From NCBI RefSeq assembly GCF_052938755.1, contig NZ_CM129037.1: a stretch of 24,000 nt of DNA, one strand, 5' to 3'. Each line of letters begins with the position of its first letter. Position 1 is the first letter of the stretch. Of the stretch, positions 1 to 9,628 are shown piece after piece. A model generated the notes under the pieces. It did no database searches. It was not told where the DNA came from and saw nothing but the letters and a program-made list of their open reading frames with translations. The position numbers and the translations under genes are program-made.

Positions 1-828
1 TCCAGCCATCCATTGGCACGAGCGATCCTTGATAAAGCAGGCGATATGCAGCTACCGCAGGTCAACGGTTTCCGCACATTGCGCGGGCTGGGCGTGAGCG
101 GTGAAGCAGAAGGTCATGCGTTATTGCTGGGTAATCAGGCGTTGTTAAATGATCAGCAAGTCGATACTAAAGCGATTGAAGCCGATATTTCAGCTCAGGC
201 ATCGCAAGGAGCAACGCCTGTGCTGCTGGCGGTTGACGGGAAAGCGGTAGCCCTGCTGGCTGTACGCGATCCATTGCGTAGTGATAGCGTGGCGGCGCTG
301 CAACGCCTGCATAAAGCGGGATATCGTCTGGTGATGTTGACCGGGGATAACCTAACCACCGCCAATGCGATCGCCAAAGAAGCAGGGATTGATGAGGTGA
401 TCGCCGGGGTGCTGCCAGACGGTAAAGCCGAAGCGATCAAACGTCTGCAAAGTGAAGGACGTCAGGTGGCAATGGTGGGCGACGGCATTAACGACGCGCC
501 AGCGCTGGCTCAGGCGGATGTCGGCATTGCGATGGGTGGCGGCAGTGATGTTGCCATTGAAACCGCGGCGATTACCCTGATGCGCCATAGCCTGATGGGC
601 GTTGCGGATGCGCTCGCTATTTCCCGCGCAACGCTGCGCAACATGAAGCAGAACCTGCTCGGCGCGTTTATCTACAACAGTATCGGTATTCCGGTCGCCG
701 CCGGTATTTTGTGGCCGTTCACTGGAACGTTGCTTAACCCGGTAGTTGCCGGAGCGGCAATGGCGCTCTCGTCGATTACCGTAGTGAGTAACGCCAACCG
801 GTTGCTGCGGTTTAAACCGAAGGAATAA
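1..828 (+). CDS. copA: Cu(I)-translocating P-type ATPase CopA, C-terminal part (5' end outside window)
   Basis: Frame is open from base 1 ([14 protein letters not shown]...). Contains the P-type ATPase hinge motif [30 protein letters not shown] and C-terminal transmembrane segments; stop TAA at 826-828. Confidence 0.95.
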   Translation, partial: SSHPLARAILDKAGDMQLPQVNGFRTLRGLGVSGEAEGHALLLGNQALLNDQQVDTKAIEADISAQASQGATPVLLAVDGKAVALLAVRDPLRSDSVAALQRLHKAGYRLVMLTGDNLTTANAIAKEAGIDEVIAGVLPDGKAEAIKRLQSEGRQVAMVGDGINDAPALAQADVGIAMGGGSDVAIETAAITLMRHSLMGVADALAISRATLRNMKQNLLGAFIYNSIGIPVAAGILWPFTGTLLNPVVAGAAMALSSITVVSNANRLLRFKPKE

Positions 829-885
829 GTACGTCATTGCGGATGCGCTGCTTTAGGGCGGCGCATTTGGCATCGACGCATGACT

Positions 886-1020
<135 letters not shown>

Positions 1021-1042
1021 GAGATGAAGCGATGTTTTGGCC

Positions 1043-1384
1043 TTACGCGACCTTTTTTGTACGCTCTTCACGGCGTGCTAAATATTCAGCCACTGTTTCA
1101 ATCCGTCCCAATTCTTCCTGGGTACGCATGTTGTTTTCAACTTCCCAAAGATCAACTGCCGCCTGGAGGTTTAGCCAAAAATCGACTGTGGTATCAAAAA
1201 CTTTCGCCAGACGGAATGCCATCTCAGTGGTGAGTTTACGATTGTTATTGATCAGTGCACTGACGCTATTACGATGAACATGCAGCAACTCTGCTAACTC
1301 ATTGATTTTCAAATCGAGCGGTTCCAGATATTCATAGAGAAGAATATCTCCGGGTGTCGTCGGTTTTCTTGTTGCCTGTTTCAT
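1043..1384 (-). CDS. ybaQ: HigA/VapI-like XRE-family HTH protein YbaQ (orphan antitoxin-like)
   Basis: 113 aa MKQATRKPTTPGDILLYEYLEPLDLKINELAELLHVHRNSVSALINNNRKLT...; the ORF track's start at 1438 is an upstream extension. Canonical HTH followed by the FDTTVDFWLNLQ motif typical of HigA-type proteins. Confidence 0.88.
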   Translation of the reverse strand: MKQATRKPTTPGDILLYEYLEPLDLKINELAELLHVHRNSVSALINNNRKLTTEMAFRLAKVFDTTVDFWLNLQAAVDLWEVENNMRTQEELGRIETVAEYLARREERTKKVA

Positions 1385-1521
1385 AGTTTTTAACTGTTGC
1401 TTCCCTGTGAATAGCGATACAAGAACATACTGAATCATACAAACACATTAAACAAGTCCCCAACTCCATTTGCGCCATCCCTCCCCGCGCGCTAGCATGA
1501 GATTTCACAAAGGGAGGTCGT

Positions 1522-2316
1522 ATGGATCTGTTGTACCGGGTAAAAACGCTTTGGGCCGCGCTGCGCGGTAATCATTACTCCTGGCCTGCCATCGATATCA
1601 CCCTCCCCGGCAATCGCCATTTTCATCTGATTGGCAGCATTCATATGGGTAGCCACGATATGGCTCCCCTGCCCACCCGTTTGCTCAAAAAGCTCAAAAA
1701 CGCCGATGCGCTGATCGTCGAGGCTGATGTTTCCACCAGCGATACGCCTTTTGCTAATTTGCCTGCCTGCGAGGCGCTGGAAGAGCGCATTAGCGAGGAG
1801 CAACTCCAAAACCTGCAGCACATTAGCCAGGAGATGGGCATTTCTCCCTCACTCTTTTCTACCCAACCGCTGTGGCAAATCGCGATGGTTCTTCAGGCGA
1901 CGCAGGCACAAAAACTGGGGCTGCGGGCAGAATACGGTATCGATTACCAGCTATTGCAGGCGGCGAAGCAACAACATAAACCCGTGATTGAACTGGAAGG
2001 GGCTGAAAACCAGATTGCCATGTTGCTCCAGCTCCCTGACAAAGGACTGGCGCTGCTGGACGATACGCTGACCCACTGGCATACCAACGCACGGTTGCTG
2101 CAACAAATGATGAGCTGGTGGCTGAATGCACCGCCGCAAAATAATGATATAACGCTGCCCAATACGTTCAGTCAGTCGCTGTACGATGTGCTGATGCATC
2201 AGCGAAATCTCGCCTGGCGGGATAAATTACGCGCCATGCCGCCGGGGCGATATGTGGTCGCGGTCGGTGCACTACACCTGTATGGAGAAGGGAATTTGCC
2301 GCAAATGTTGCGCTAA
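1522..2316 (+). CDS. ybaP: TraB/GumN-family protein YbaP
   Basis: 264 aa ORF; GSIHMGSHDMAPLP and ALHLYGEGNLPQML motifs typical of the TraB/PrgY/GumN family; preceded by RBS-like gggagg. Confidence 0.9.
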   Translation: MDLLYRVKTLWAALRGNHYSWPAIDITLPGNRHFHLIGSIHMGSHDMAPLPTRLLKKLKNADALIVEADVSTSDTPFANLPACEALEERISEEQLQNLQHISQEMGISPSLFSTQPLWQIAMVLQATQAQKLGLRAEYGIDYQLLQAAKQQHKPVIELEGAENQIAMLLQLPDKGLALLDDTLTHWHTNARLLQQMMSWWLNAPPQNNDITLPNTFSQSLYDVLMHQRNLAWRDKLRAMPPGRYVVAVGALHLYGEGNLPQMLR

Positions 2317-2398
2317 AAAAATGGCCAATATCGCTATTGGCCCGTCAAAGAGGAATTTCATTTTTTTATTATTATGCCGTCACTTTAAGCGACGGTGT
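2315..2398 (-). ncRNA. chiX: ChiX (SroB/MicM) Hfq-dependent small RNA
   Basis: Reverse complement reads ACACCGTCGCTTAAAGTGACGGCATAATAATAAAAAAATGAAATTCCTCTTTGACGGGCCAATAGCGATATTGGCCATTTTTTT, 84 nt, matching the recalled ChiX sequence and ending in a GC-rich hairpin plus 7 U. Confidence 0.96.
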
Positions 2399-2404
2399 AA
2401 CTCG

Positions 2405-2433
2405 ATTGTCGCTCAATCTCACCATCCTGCCAA
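2405..2433 (-). promoter_or_regulatory. Predicted sigma-70 promoter for ChiX
   Basis: On the minus strand TTGGCA (2433-2428), 17-bp spacer, GACAAT (2410-2405), 6 nt before the predicted +1 at 2398. Confidence 0.75.
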
Positions 2434-2504
2434 TACTCTTAGGCAAGATGACTCTTTTTTTTGGACCGCCATCAGGCGTATGCTTGCTTCGTTTTTTTGT
2501 TTAA

Positions 2505-2999
<495 letters not shown>

Positions 3000-3005
3000 G
3001 CATTG

Positions 3006-3027
3006 TGCCGGATGTGAACATCCGGCA
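3006..3027. terminator. Hairpin between convergent ybaK and ushA, REP-like half stem, possible bidirectional 3'-end element
   Basis: TGCCGGAT-gtgaac-ATCCGGCA, 8-bp stem between the two stop codons; only a weak T tract on either strand. Confidence 0.5.
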
Positions 3028-3035
3028 CTTTCGGA

Positions 3036-4688
3036 TTACTGCCAGCTCACCTCACCTTTCGGTTCATAAACACTCACATCCAGCGGCGAGCTTTTCTGGA
3101 TATACGCTTTCAGCACTTCGGCATCAATAAATCCGGTATTCACATAGCCCGGTTTGTTATCAAGGCGCGGATAGCCATCACCGCCGGTGGCATTGAAGTT
3201 TAATGTCGCCATACGGTAAGTTTTCGCTGGATCGACCGGTTCGCCTTTGATTTTAAGGTCGTTCAGTTTGCCGTCTTTCGCCACAAAGCTAACGTTGGCA
3301 AATTGCGGGTAGGCACCTGAATCTGGCTTCATTTGTGCGACGGAGGTCAGGTAATCAATCACCTCTTTACCGGTCATGTCGGCATACACCACCACATTGC
3401 CGAATGGCTGCACTTTCAGCACGTTTTTATAGCTGATATCGCCTGCTTCGATAGAATCACGAATTCCGCCTCCGCTCATCACCGCAAAGTCGGCACCAGT
3501 GCGATCCATTTGGGCTGCCAGAATCAACCGCCCCATATTGGTCTGTACAAAACGCACTTTGTCACGATCGCCTTCCAGACGACCATTGGTTTCGCCTATT
3601 TTCACGTCCAGCTGCGCTTTGCCTTTGTTCTGGAACGGCGATAACAGCGAGATCATTTGCTGGTTTTCAGCGATTTCAGGGGTGTACAGCACGCGCTCGC
3701 TTTTCCCGTCTTCCCAGGTCACTTTCTTCTTCAGGTTCACCGGAATCAGCTGATAGTTAACCATTTTCATTTCGCCATTACGAAACTCAAAATCAGCCCG
3801 TCCCACGTATTTGCCCCACTCATGCGCCTGCACAATCCAGATGCCGTTTTGTTGATCTGGTTTGCATGGCGTACCCGGCACGTAATCGACCTGTTTTTTG
3901 TTTTCTGCCGCCATGCAGACCGGATCTTGCGAGTGACCACCGACGATCATCGCCAGCGATCCGGCAGGCAGCGCGCGCGCCATCTCCACATCGCCCGGTG
4001 CGTTAGAGCCGTGCTCACCATTGTCGTAATGCCCCATATGGGTCGCCGCGATAATAATGTCTGGCTTTTCTGTCTGTTGCAGCTCCTGAATCACCAGCTT
4101 CGCTTCATCGGCGGGCTTACGGAACTCAATATCGGTGAAGTTTTCTGGGTTGCCTAACTTCGCTGTGTCATCCGTCGTCAGACCAATAACGGCAATTTTC
4201 AGATCCTGACGCTTAAACAGCACCCATGGTTTAAACAGGCGCTCGCCGGTACTTTTCTGGTAGATATTCGCGGAAAGCAACGGGAACTTGGCCCACTTTT
4301 CCTGCTGGCGTAATACGGTGAGCGGATTATCAAATTCATGATTACCGATCGCCATCGCGTCATAGCCCACCAGATTCATACCGCGAAAATCAGGTTCGGC
4401 ATCCTGTAAGTCGGACTCGGGCACGCCAGTGTTAATGTCGCCACCGGAAAGTAGCAGCACGCTACCGCCTTCAGCCGCAACCTCTTTGCGGATACCATCC
4501 ACCAGCGTTTTTTGCGCCGCCAGACCATATTCGCCATATTCATTGCGCCAAAAATGCCCATGATGATCATTGGTATGCAGAACTGTAATTTTGTAGGTTT
4601 TATCCTGCTCATACGCCAGAGCAGTTTCACTCGCCAGTGTAAATGTGGTTAACAGTGCTAACGCCACGCCCCGCTGCAATAATTTCAT
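3036..4688 (-). CDS. ushA: Periplasmic UDP-sugar hydrolase / 5'-nucleotidase UshA
   Basis: 550 aa, signal peptide MKLLQRGVALALLTTFTLASETALA, metallophosphoesterase motifs ILHTNDHHG, GDINTG, GNHEFD. Confidence 0.96.
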   Translation of the reverse strand: MKLLQRGVALALLTTFTLASETALAYEQDKTYKITVLHTNDHHGHFWRNEYGEYGLAAQKTLVDGIRKEVAAEGGSVLLLSGGDINTGVPESDLQDAEPDFRGMNLVGYDAMAIGNHEFDNPLTVLRQQEKWAKFPLLSANIYQKSTGERLFKPWVLFKRQDLKIAVIGLTTDDTAKLGNPENFTDIEFRKPADEAKLVIQELQQTEKPDIIIAATHMGHYDNGEHGSNAPGDVEMARALPAGSLAMIVGGHSQDPVCMAAENKKQVDYVPGTPCKPDQQNGIWIVQAHEWGKYVGRADFEFRNGEMKMVNYQLIPVNLKKKVTWEDGKSERVLYTPEIAENQQMISLLSPFQNKGKAQLDVKIGETNGRLEGDRDKVRFVQTNMGRLILAAQMDRTGADFAVMSGGGIRDSIEAGDISYKNVLKVQPFGNVVVYADMTGKEVIDYLTSVAQMKPDSGAYPQFANVSFVAKDGKLNDLKIKGEPVDPAKTYRMATLNFNATGGDGYPRLDNKPGYVNTGFIDAEVLKAYIQKSSPLDVSVYEPKGEVSWQ

Positions 4689-4905
4689 ACTTCTCTCCCT
4701 GACCTGATTTCAACGTGTTGAAAAATAGTATGACGCGACATCATAGACAAGTCTGCGTCCGGTGAAGATAAATCTGCATCCAGATTAGAAATTCTGTATT
4801 CGGCGTTGAGACTTCCTTCAGGCGACGCATACAGGTATGTTAGTCGGGTAATAATCACAAATAAGATCATTCTTTACATCGCAACCCTGAAAAAGTGACT
4901 TTCCT

Positions 4906-6126
4906 ATGGCAATGAGTGAACAAACCCAGCCTGTGGCGGGCGCGGCTGCGTCAACGACCAAGGCCCGAACATCGTTTGGTATTTTAGGTGCTATCAGCCT
5001 CTCACATCTGCTGAACGACATGATCCAATCGCTGATTCTGGCGATTTATCCGCTGCTTCAGTCAGAATTTTCTCTGACATTTATGCAGATTGGCATGATA
5101 ACCCTCACCTTCCAGCTCGCCTCTTCGCTACTGCAACCAGTGGTCGGCTACTGGACCGATAAATATCCGATGCCGTGGTCGTTGCCAATTGGCATGTGCT
5201 TTACCTTAAGTGGTCTGGTGCTGCTTGCGCTGGCGGGCAGTTTTGGCGCAGTTCTGCTGGCGGCGGCGCTGGTCGGTACCGGTTCATCGGTCTTTCATCC
5301 GGAATCTTCTCGCGTAGCCCGTATGGCTTCCGGCGGGCGGCATGGCCTGGCGCAATCTATCTTTCAGGTCGGCGGCAACTTTGGCAGTTCCCTGGGACCC
5401 TTGCTGGCGGCGGTGATTATCGCGCCTTATGGCAAAGGCAACGTTGCCTGGTTTGTGCTTGCGGCACTGCTGGCGATCGTGGTGTTGGCGCAAATCAGCC
5501 GTTGGTACTCGGCACAGCACCGAATGAATAAAGGAAAACCCAAAGCGACGATTATCAATCCACTGCCGCGCAATAAAGTTGTACTGGCGGTCAGCATTCT
5601 GTTAATCCTCATTTTCTCGAAATATTTCTATATGGCGAGCATCAGCAGCTATTACACCTTTTATCTGATGCAAAAATTCGGATTATCTATCCAGAATGCT
5701 CAGCTTCATCTGTTTGCCTTCCTGTTTGCCGTTGCGGCAGGTACGGTGATCGGCGGGCCTGTAGGGGATAAAATTGGGCGGAAATATGTGATTTGGGGCT
5801 CTATCCTCGGCGTTGCGCCGTTTACGCTGATTTTACCCTACGCCAGCCTGCACTGGACGGGGGTTTTAACGGTAATTATTGGATTTATCCTCGCTTCGGC
5901 ATTCTCTGCCATTCTGGTTTACGCTCAGGAGCTGCTTCCGGGACGTATCGGTATGGTTTCTGGACTCTTTTTCGGTTTTGCTTTCGGCATGGGAGGTCTG
6001 GGAGCGGCAGTTCTGGGGCTTATCGCCGATCACACCAGTATCGAGTTAGTCTATAAAATCTGTGCTTTCCTGCCACTATTGGGGATGTTGACCATATTCC
6101 TGCCTGATAACCGGCATAAAGACTGA
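4906..6126 (+). CDS. fsr: Fosmidomycin resistance MFS efflux protein Fsr
   Basis: 406 aa, about 12 hydrophobic segments, MFS-like sequence SHLLNDMIQSLILAIYPLLQ; recognised as Fsr. Confidence 0.93.
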   Translation: MAMSEQTQPVAGAAASTTKARTSFGILGAISLSHLLNDMIQSLILAIYPLLQSEFSLTFMQIGMITLTFQLASSLLQPVVGYWTDKYPMPWSLPIGMCFTLSGLVLLALAGSFGAVLLAAALVGTGSSVFHPESSRVARMASGGRHGLAQSIFQVGGNFGSSLGPLLAAVIIAPYGKGNVAWFVLAALLAIVVLAQISRWYSAQHRMNKGKPKATIINPLPRNKVVLAVSILLILIFSKYFYMASISSYYTFYLMQKFGLSIQNAQLHLFAFLFAVAAGTVIGGPVGDKIGRKYVIWGSILGVAPFTLILPYASLHWTGVLTVIIGFILASAFSAILVYAQELLPGRIGMVSGLFFGFAFGMGGLGAAVLGLIADHTSIELVYKICAFLPLLGMLTIFLPDNRHKD

Positions 6127-6132
6127 TTTCAT

Positions 6133-6166
6133 TGCAGCCAAAGGCAAACTTTGGCTGCATCGTTTT
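6133..6166 (+). terminator. Rho-independent terminator downstream of fsr
   Basis: TGCAGCCAAAG-gcaaa-CTTTGGCTGCA followed by TCGTTTT, 7 nt after the fsr stop. Confidence 0.88.
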
Positions 6167-6363
6167 ACAGTCGCCATAAGCCTTTCCTCTGTTAAACCGC
6201 CTTCTGTTTTCCGATCCGTGCTTTTTTTGCAGCTAATTCCATTTTTCTGCAAAATTCAACAATTATTCATAAACATCATCAATGAAATTGTCATAAACTA
6301 TTACCTGTAATTTTGGTTTTCCCGGCCAAAAATGGACAATAACCACCAGGAAAAGGAGACGGA

Positions 6364-8040
6364 ATGCATCACGCCACCCCGCTTATCACCACCATTGTTG
6401 GCGGCCTTGTGCTCGCCTTTATCCTCGGCATGCTGGCCAATAAACTACGTATTTCTCCTCTGGTGGGATATCTGTTAGCGGGTGTGCTGGCAGGACCATT
6501 CACTCCGGGCTTTGTTGCCGATACCAAGCTTGCGCCGGAATTGGCTGAACTGGGCGTTATTTTGCTGATGTTCGGCGTCGGTTTGCATTTTTCGCTCAAG
6601 GATTTGATGGCGGTAAAGTCCATCGCCATTCCCGGCGCGATCGCCCAGATAGCCGTGGCGACGCTGCTGGGTATGGCGCTCTCCGCCGTGCTGGGCTGGT
6701 CGTTAATGACCGGTATCGTGTTCGGCTTATGTCTTTCCACCGCCAGTACCGTGGTGTTACTGCGCGCACTTGAAGAACGGCAATTAATAGACAGTCAGCG
6801 TGGGCAAATCGCCATCGGTTGGTTGATTGTGGAAGACCTGGTGATGGTTCTGACGCTGGTGTTGCTGCCCGCAGTGGCAGGAATGATGGAACAGGGCGAT
6901 GTGGGCTTTGCCACTCTTGCAGTCGATATGGGGATCACCATCGGCAAGGTGATCGCATTTATCGCCATTATGATGCTGGTAGGTCGCCGTCTGGTGCCGT
7001 GGATTATGGCACGCAGCGCAGCAACCGGTTCTCGCGAGCTGTTTACCCTGTCGGTGCTGGCGCTGGCGTTAGGGATTGCCTTTGGTGCGGTAGAGCTGTT
7101 TGATGTCTCCTTTGCACTCGGTGCGTTCTTTGCCGGGATGGTACTGAACGAGTCTGAACTGAGTCACCGTGCCGCCCACGATACGTTGCCATTGCGCGAC
7201 GCGTTTGCGGTGCTGTTTTTTGTCTCCGTCGGGATGTTGTTTGATCCGTTAATTCTGATTCAGCAACCGCTGGCAGTGCTGGCGACGCTGGCGATTATTC
7301 TGTTTGGTAAATCGGTCGCGGCCCTGTTCCTTGTGCGTCTGTTTGGTCACTCCCAGCGCACGGCATTAACCATCGCCGCCAGCCTGGCGCAGATTGGTGA
7401 GTTCGCGTTTATCCTGGCGGGACTGGGAATGGCATTGAATTTACTGCCGCAGGCCGGACAAAACCTGGTACTGGCAGGGGCGATCCTGTCGATTATGCTC
7501 AACCCAGTACTGTTCGCACTACTGGAGAAATATCTGGCGAAGACCGAAACGCTGGAAGAGCAGACGCTGGAAGAGGCAATCGAAGAAGAGAAGCAGATCC
7601 CAGTGGATATTTGCAACCATGCGCTACTGGTTGGTTACGGTCGTGTAGGCAGCCTGCTGGGGGAGAAATTGCTCGCCTCTGATATTCCGCTGGTGGTGAT
7701 TGAGACGTCACGAACCCGTGTTGATGAGCTGCAAGAGCGTGGGGTCCGCGCTGTATTGGGCAATGCGGCGAACGAAGAAATTATGCAACTGGCGCATCTG
7801 GAATGTGCAAAATGGCTGATCCTGACGATCCCCAACGGTTATGAAGCAGGCGAGATTGTGGCATCTGCCCGCGCGAAAAATCCGGATATTGAGATTATTG
7901 CCCGCGCCCATTATGACGATGAAGTGGCGTATATCACCGAACGTGGCGCGAATCAGGTAGTGATGGGTGAACGTGAAATTGCCCGTACTATGCTGGAACT
8001 GCTGGAAACGCCACCGGCGGGTGAGGTGGTGACGGGATAA
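6364..8040 (+). CDS. ybaL: CPA2-family cation:proton antiporter YbaL (RosB/KefB-like) with C-terminal TrkA-N/RCK domain
   Basis: 558 aa; N-terminal Na/H exchanger-like transmembrane region; C-terminal nucleotide-binding Rossmann motif HALLVGYGRVGSLLGEKLL. Confidence 0.93.
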   Translation: MHHATPLITTIVGGLVLAFILGMLANKLRISPLVGYLLAGVLAGPFTPGFVADTKLAPELAELGVILLMFGVGLHFSLKDLMAVKSIAIPGAIAQIAVATLLGMALSAVLGWSLMTGIVFGLCLSTASTVVLLRALEERQLIDSQRGQIAIGWLIVEDLVMVLTLVLLPAVAGMMEQGDVGFATLAVDMGITIGKVIAFIAIMMLVGRRLVPWIMARSAATGSRELFTLSVLALALGIAFGAVELFDVSFALGAFFAGMVLNESELSHRAAHDTLPLRDAFAVLFFVSVGMLFDPLILIQQPLAVLATLAIILFGKSVAALFLVRLFGHSQRTALTIAASLAQIGEFAFILAGLGMALNLLPQAGQNLVLAGAILSIMLNPVLFALLEKYLAKTETLEEQTLEEAIEEEKQIPVDICNHALLVGYGRVGSLLGEKLLASDIPLVVIETSRTRVDELQERGVRAVLGNAANEEIMQLAHLECAKWLILTIPNGYEAGEIVASARAKNPDIEIIARAHYDDEVAYITERGANQVVMGEREIARTMLELLETPPAGEVVTG

Positions 8041-8074
8041 ACGGTGGTTGCCGGATGTAAAATATGAAAAATAT

Positions 8075-8158
8075 GTAGGCATGATAAGACGCGCCAGCGT
8101 CGCATCAGGCATCGAGAGCCAAATGCCAGATGCGGCGTGAACGCCTTATCTGGCCTAC
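8075..8158. repeat. REP pair between convergent ybaL and gsk
   Basis: gtaggcatgataagacgcgccagcgtcgcatcaggca (8075-8111) and gccagatgcggcgtgaacgccttatctggcctac (8125-8158), opposed REP units. Confidence 0.93.
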
Positions 8159-8172
8159 GAACCGACGATAAC

Positions 8173-9477
8173 TTAACGATCCCAGTAAGACTCTTCCAGG
8201 CTGTCTTCACGCTCCGGCAAGCCGCGCGTTAAACGAGGTGAATGCTGGTTCAGTACCTGATAGCTCACACGGTTAGCATATTTACACACCTGCGCTAACG
8301 ATGAATAAGTTAACCAGGTGAATTTATGTTTGCTGGAGTTTGGTACGTTGCTACGGTGGTAGCTGTTGGCGGTAATGTCATGCAGCAACGCTGCCAGTGC
8401 GCCATCCCCTGCTCCGTTAGTGTTCATGATTTTTTCCGGCCCGCCCATGTACGGCGCAATGTGCGAATAGACACGCAGCGGATTCTGGCAATCCTTGTGG
8501 CGCATGGCGCGGCTAAACTCATACTGGTTAAATTCCGCGATAGCGCCCGGCAGCAGCGGATGCTGGGTTTTACGTTTCGCTTCGTCTTCGGTAAAGCCCG
8601 CCATATACAAGCCGATTGGCCCGGCGGTGCACAGCACCAGATCTACCCAGTCCAGCGCCTTGTCAGATGCCAACAACGGATCGCTTTCTCCGGTCAACGC
8701 TTCGGCTTCATCTTCGTTCATCGCAAGGATAGAGACGTGGTCTTTGAGGAATTGCTGCCACCACTGCGGATTCTCGGCAATGACAAACTTAGTTCCCAGC
8801 GTCAGCACCACCGGTACGTTATATTTCTTCGCGTACTCAATGGCTTTCATGGTTGCTTCCGGCATGGGTTCACCCGGCTTGCAACGCACCAGATAAGAGG
8901 TGAGAACCAGAGCCGAGGCTCCGGCAATCACATCTTCCGGAATGCTTTCAGCCCGCAGCTGGTTCATGTGGCCAGGGCTGATAGCAAAGGTACGTTCCCC
9001 GGACTCGCCAATCAGCGTAAAGCAACGACCAATCGGGCCATCCACGCCTTGTAGATAGTTAAGATCGGTACGGCTGGAGGTGTTACACAGGTAACGATAG
9101 GCATAGCTGCCAATTTCAATATTGCTGCACATGACGCCCAGCAGCACCGAACGGTCGTCCGCGAGCACCGAGTAGTTGTGCATGGTGTTACCAATGGTGC
9201 CACCCGCAAACTGATGGGTAATCAGGTTTTTCTGTTTTAGTTCCTGATAAAGCGCTTCGGCTACATCATCCTCAATCACCAGTGAATGCCCGGCGCTTAA
9301 TCCATAACGCTCAATAAATTCATCATCCACTTTCGCTTCAATATCGACCAGCGTTTGATCGATACCCACTACCCAGGCAGCGCTGGTTTCGTTTTCTGGC
9401 TGGAATTGCTGAAGCAGCGGATCGCGTGCGTTTACGGGGAAGTAATGTTTGGATTTACGTTTACCGGGAAATTTCAT
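8173..9477 (-). CDS. gsk: Inosine-guanosine kinase Gsk
   Basis: 434 aa; PfkB/ribokinase-family signature near the C-terminus (NTNGAGDGALAALLHDI). Confidence 0.95.
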   Translation of the reverse strand: MKFPGKRKSKHYFPVNARDPLLQQFQPENETSAAWVVGIDQTLVDIEAKVDDEFIERYGLSAGHSLVIEDDVAEALYQELKQKNLITHQFAGGTIGNTMHNYSVLADDRSVLLGVMCSNIEIGSYAYRYLCNTSSRTDLNYLQGVDGPIGRCFTLIGESGERTFAISPGHMNQLRAESIPEDVIAGASALVLTSYLVRCKPGEPMPEATMKAIEYAKKYNVPVVLTLGTKFVIAENPQWWQQFLKDHVSILAMNEDEAEALTGESDPLLASDKALDWVDLVLCTAGPIGLYMAGFTEDEAKRKTQHPLLPGAIAEFNQYEFSRAMRHKDCQNPLRVYSHIAPYMGGPEKIMNTNGAGDGALAALLHDITANSYHRSNVPNSSKHKFTWLTYSSLAQVCKYANRVSYQVLNQHSPRLTRGLPEREDSLEESYWDR

Positions 9478-9628
9478 GGTTGTTTTTACGGGTGGTTAAC
9501 TGAGCGGCGAATGTTAACACAATCTGACGGGAGCGCGCGAGACGCAGCCAGTTTCAATATCAGCAGGCGGGATCGCATTTTCATGGCAGTGGTTCCTTAC
9601 AATGACGTAATTTGAAAGGAGTTTTTGT

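Noticed and set aside
352-837. 161-aa minus ORF opposite copA, and smaller antisense ORFs in dnaX, adk, ushA and mscK
   Set aside because: Codon-bias shadows of well-supported genes; no independent evidence.
4685-4870. Minus ORF with DADLSSPDADLS repeat upstream of ushA
   Set aside because: The amino acid repeat is a by-product of the two DNA direct repeats in the divergent promoter region. There is no support for translation; the repeats are reported as a DNA-level observation.
6290-6315. Possible Pho box (ttgtcataaactattacctg) upstream of ybaL
   Set aside because: First heptamer resembles CTGTCAT, but the second phased copy (tattacc) is very poor.
8326-9054. 242-aa + strand ORF opposite gsk
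   Set aside because: Lies entirely within gsk in antisense; no recognisable domain or translation signal.
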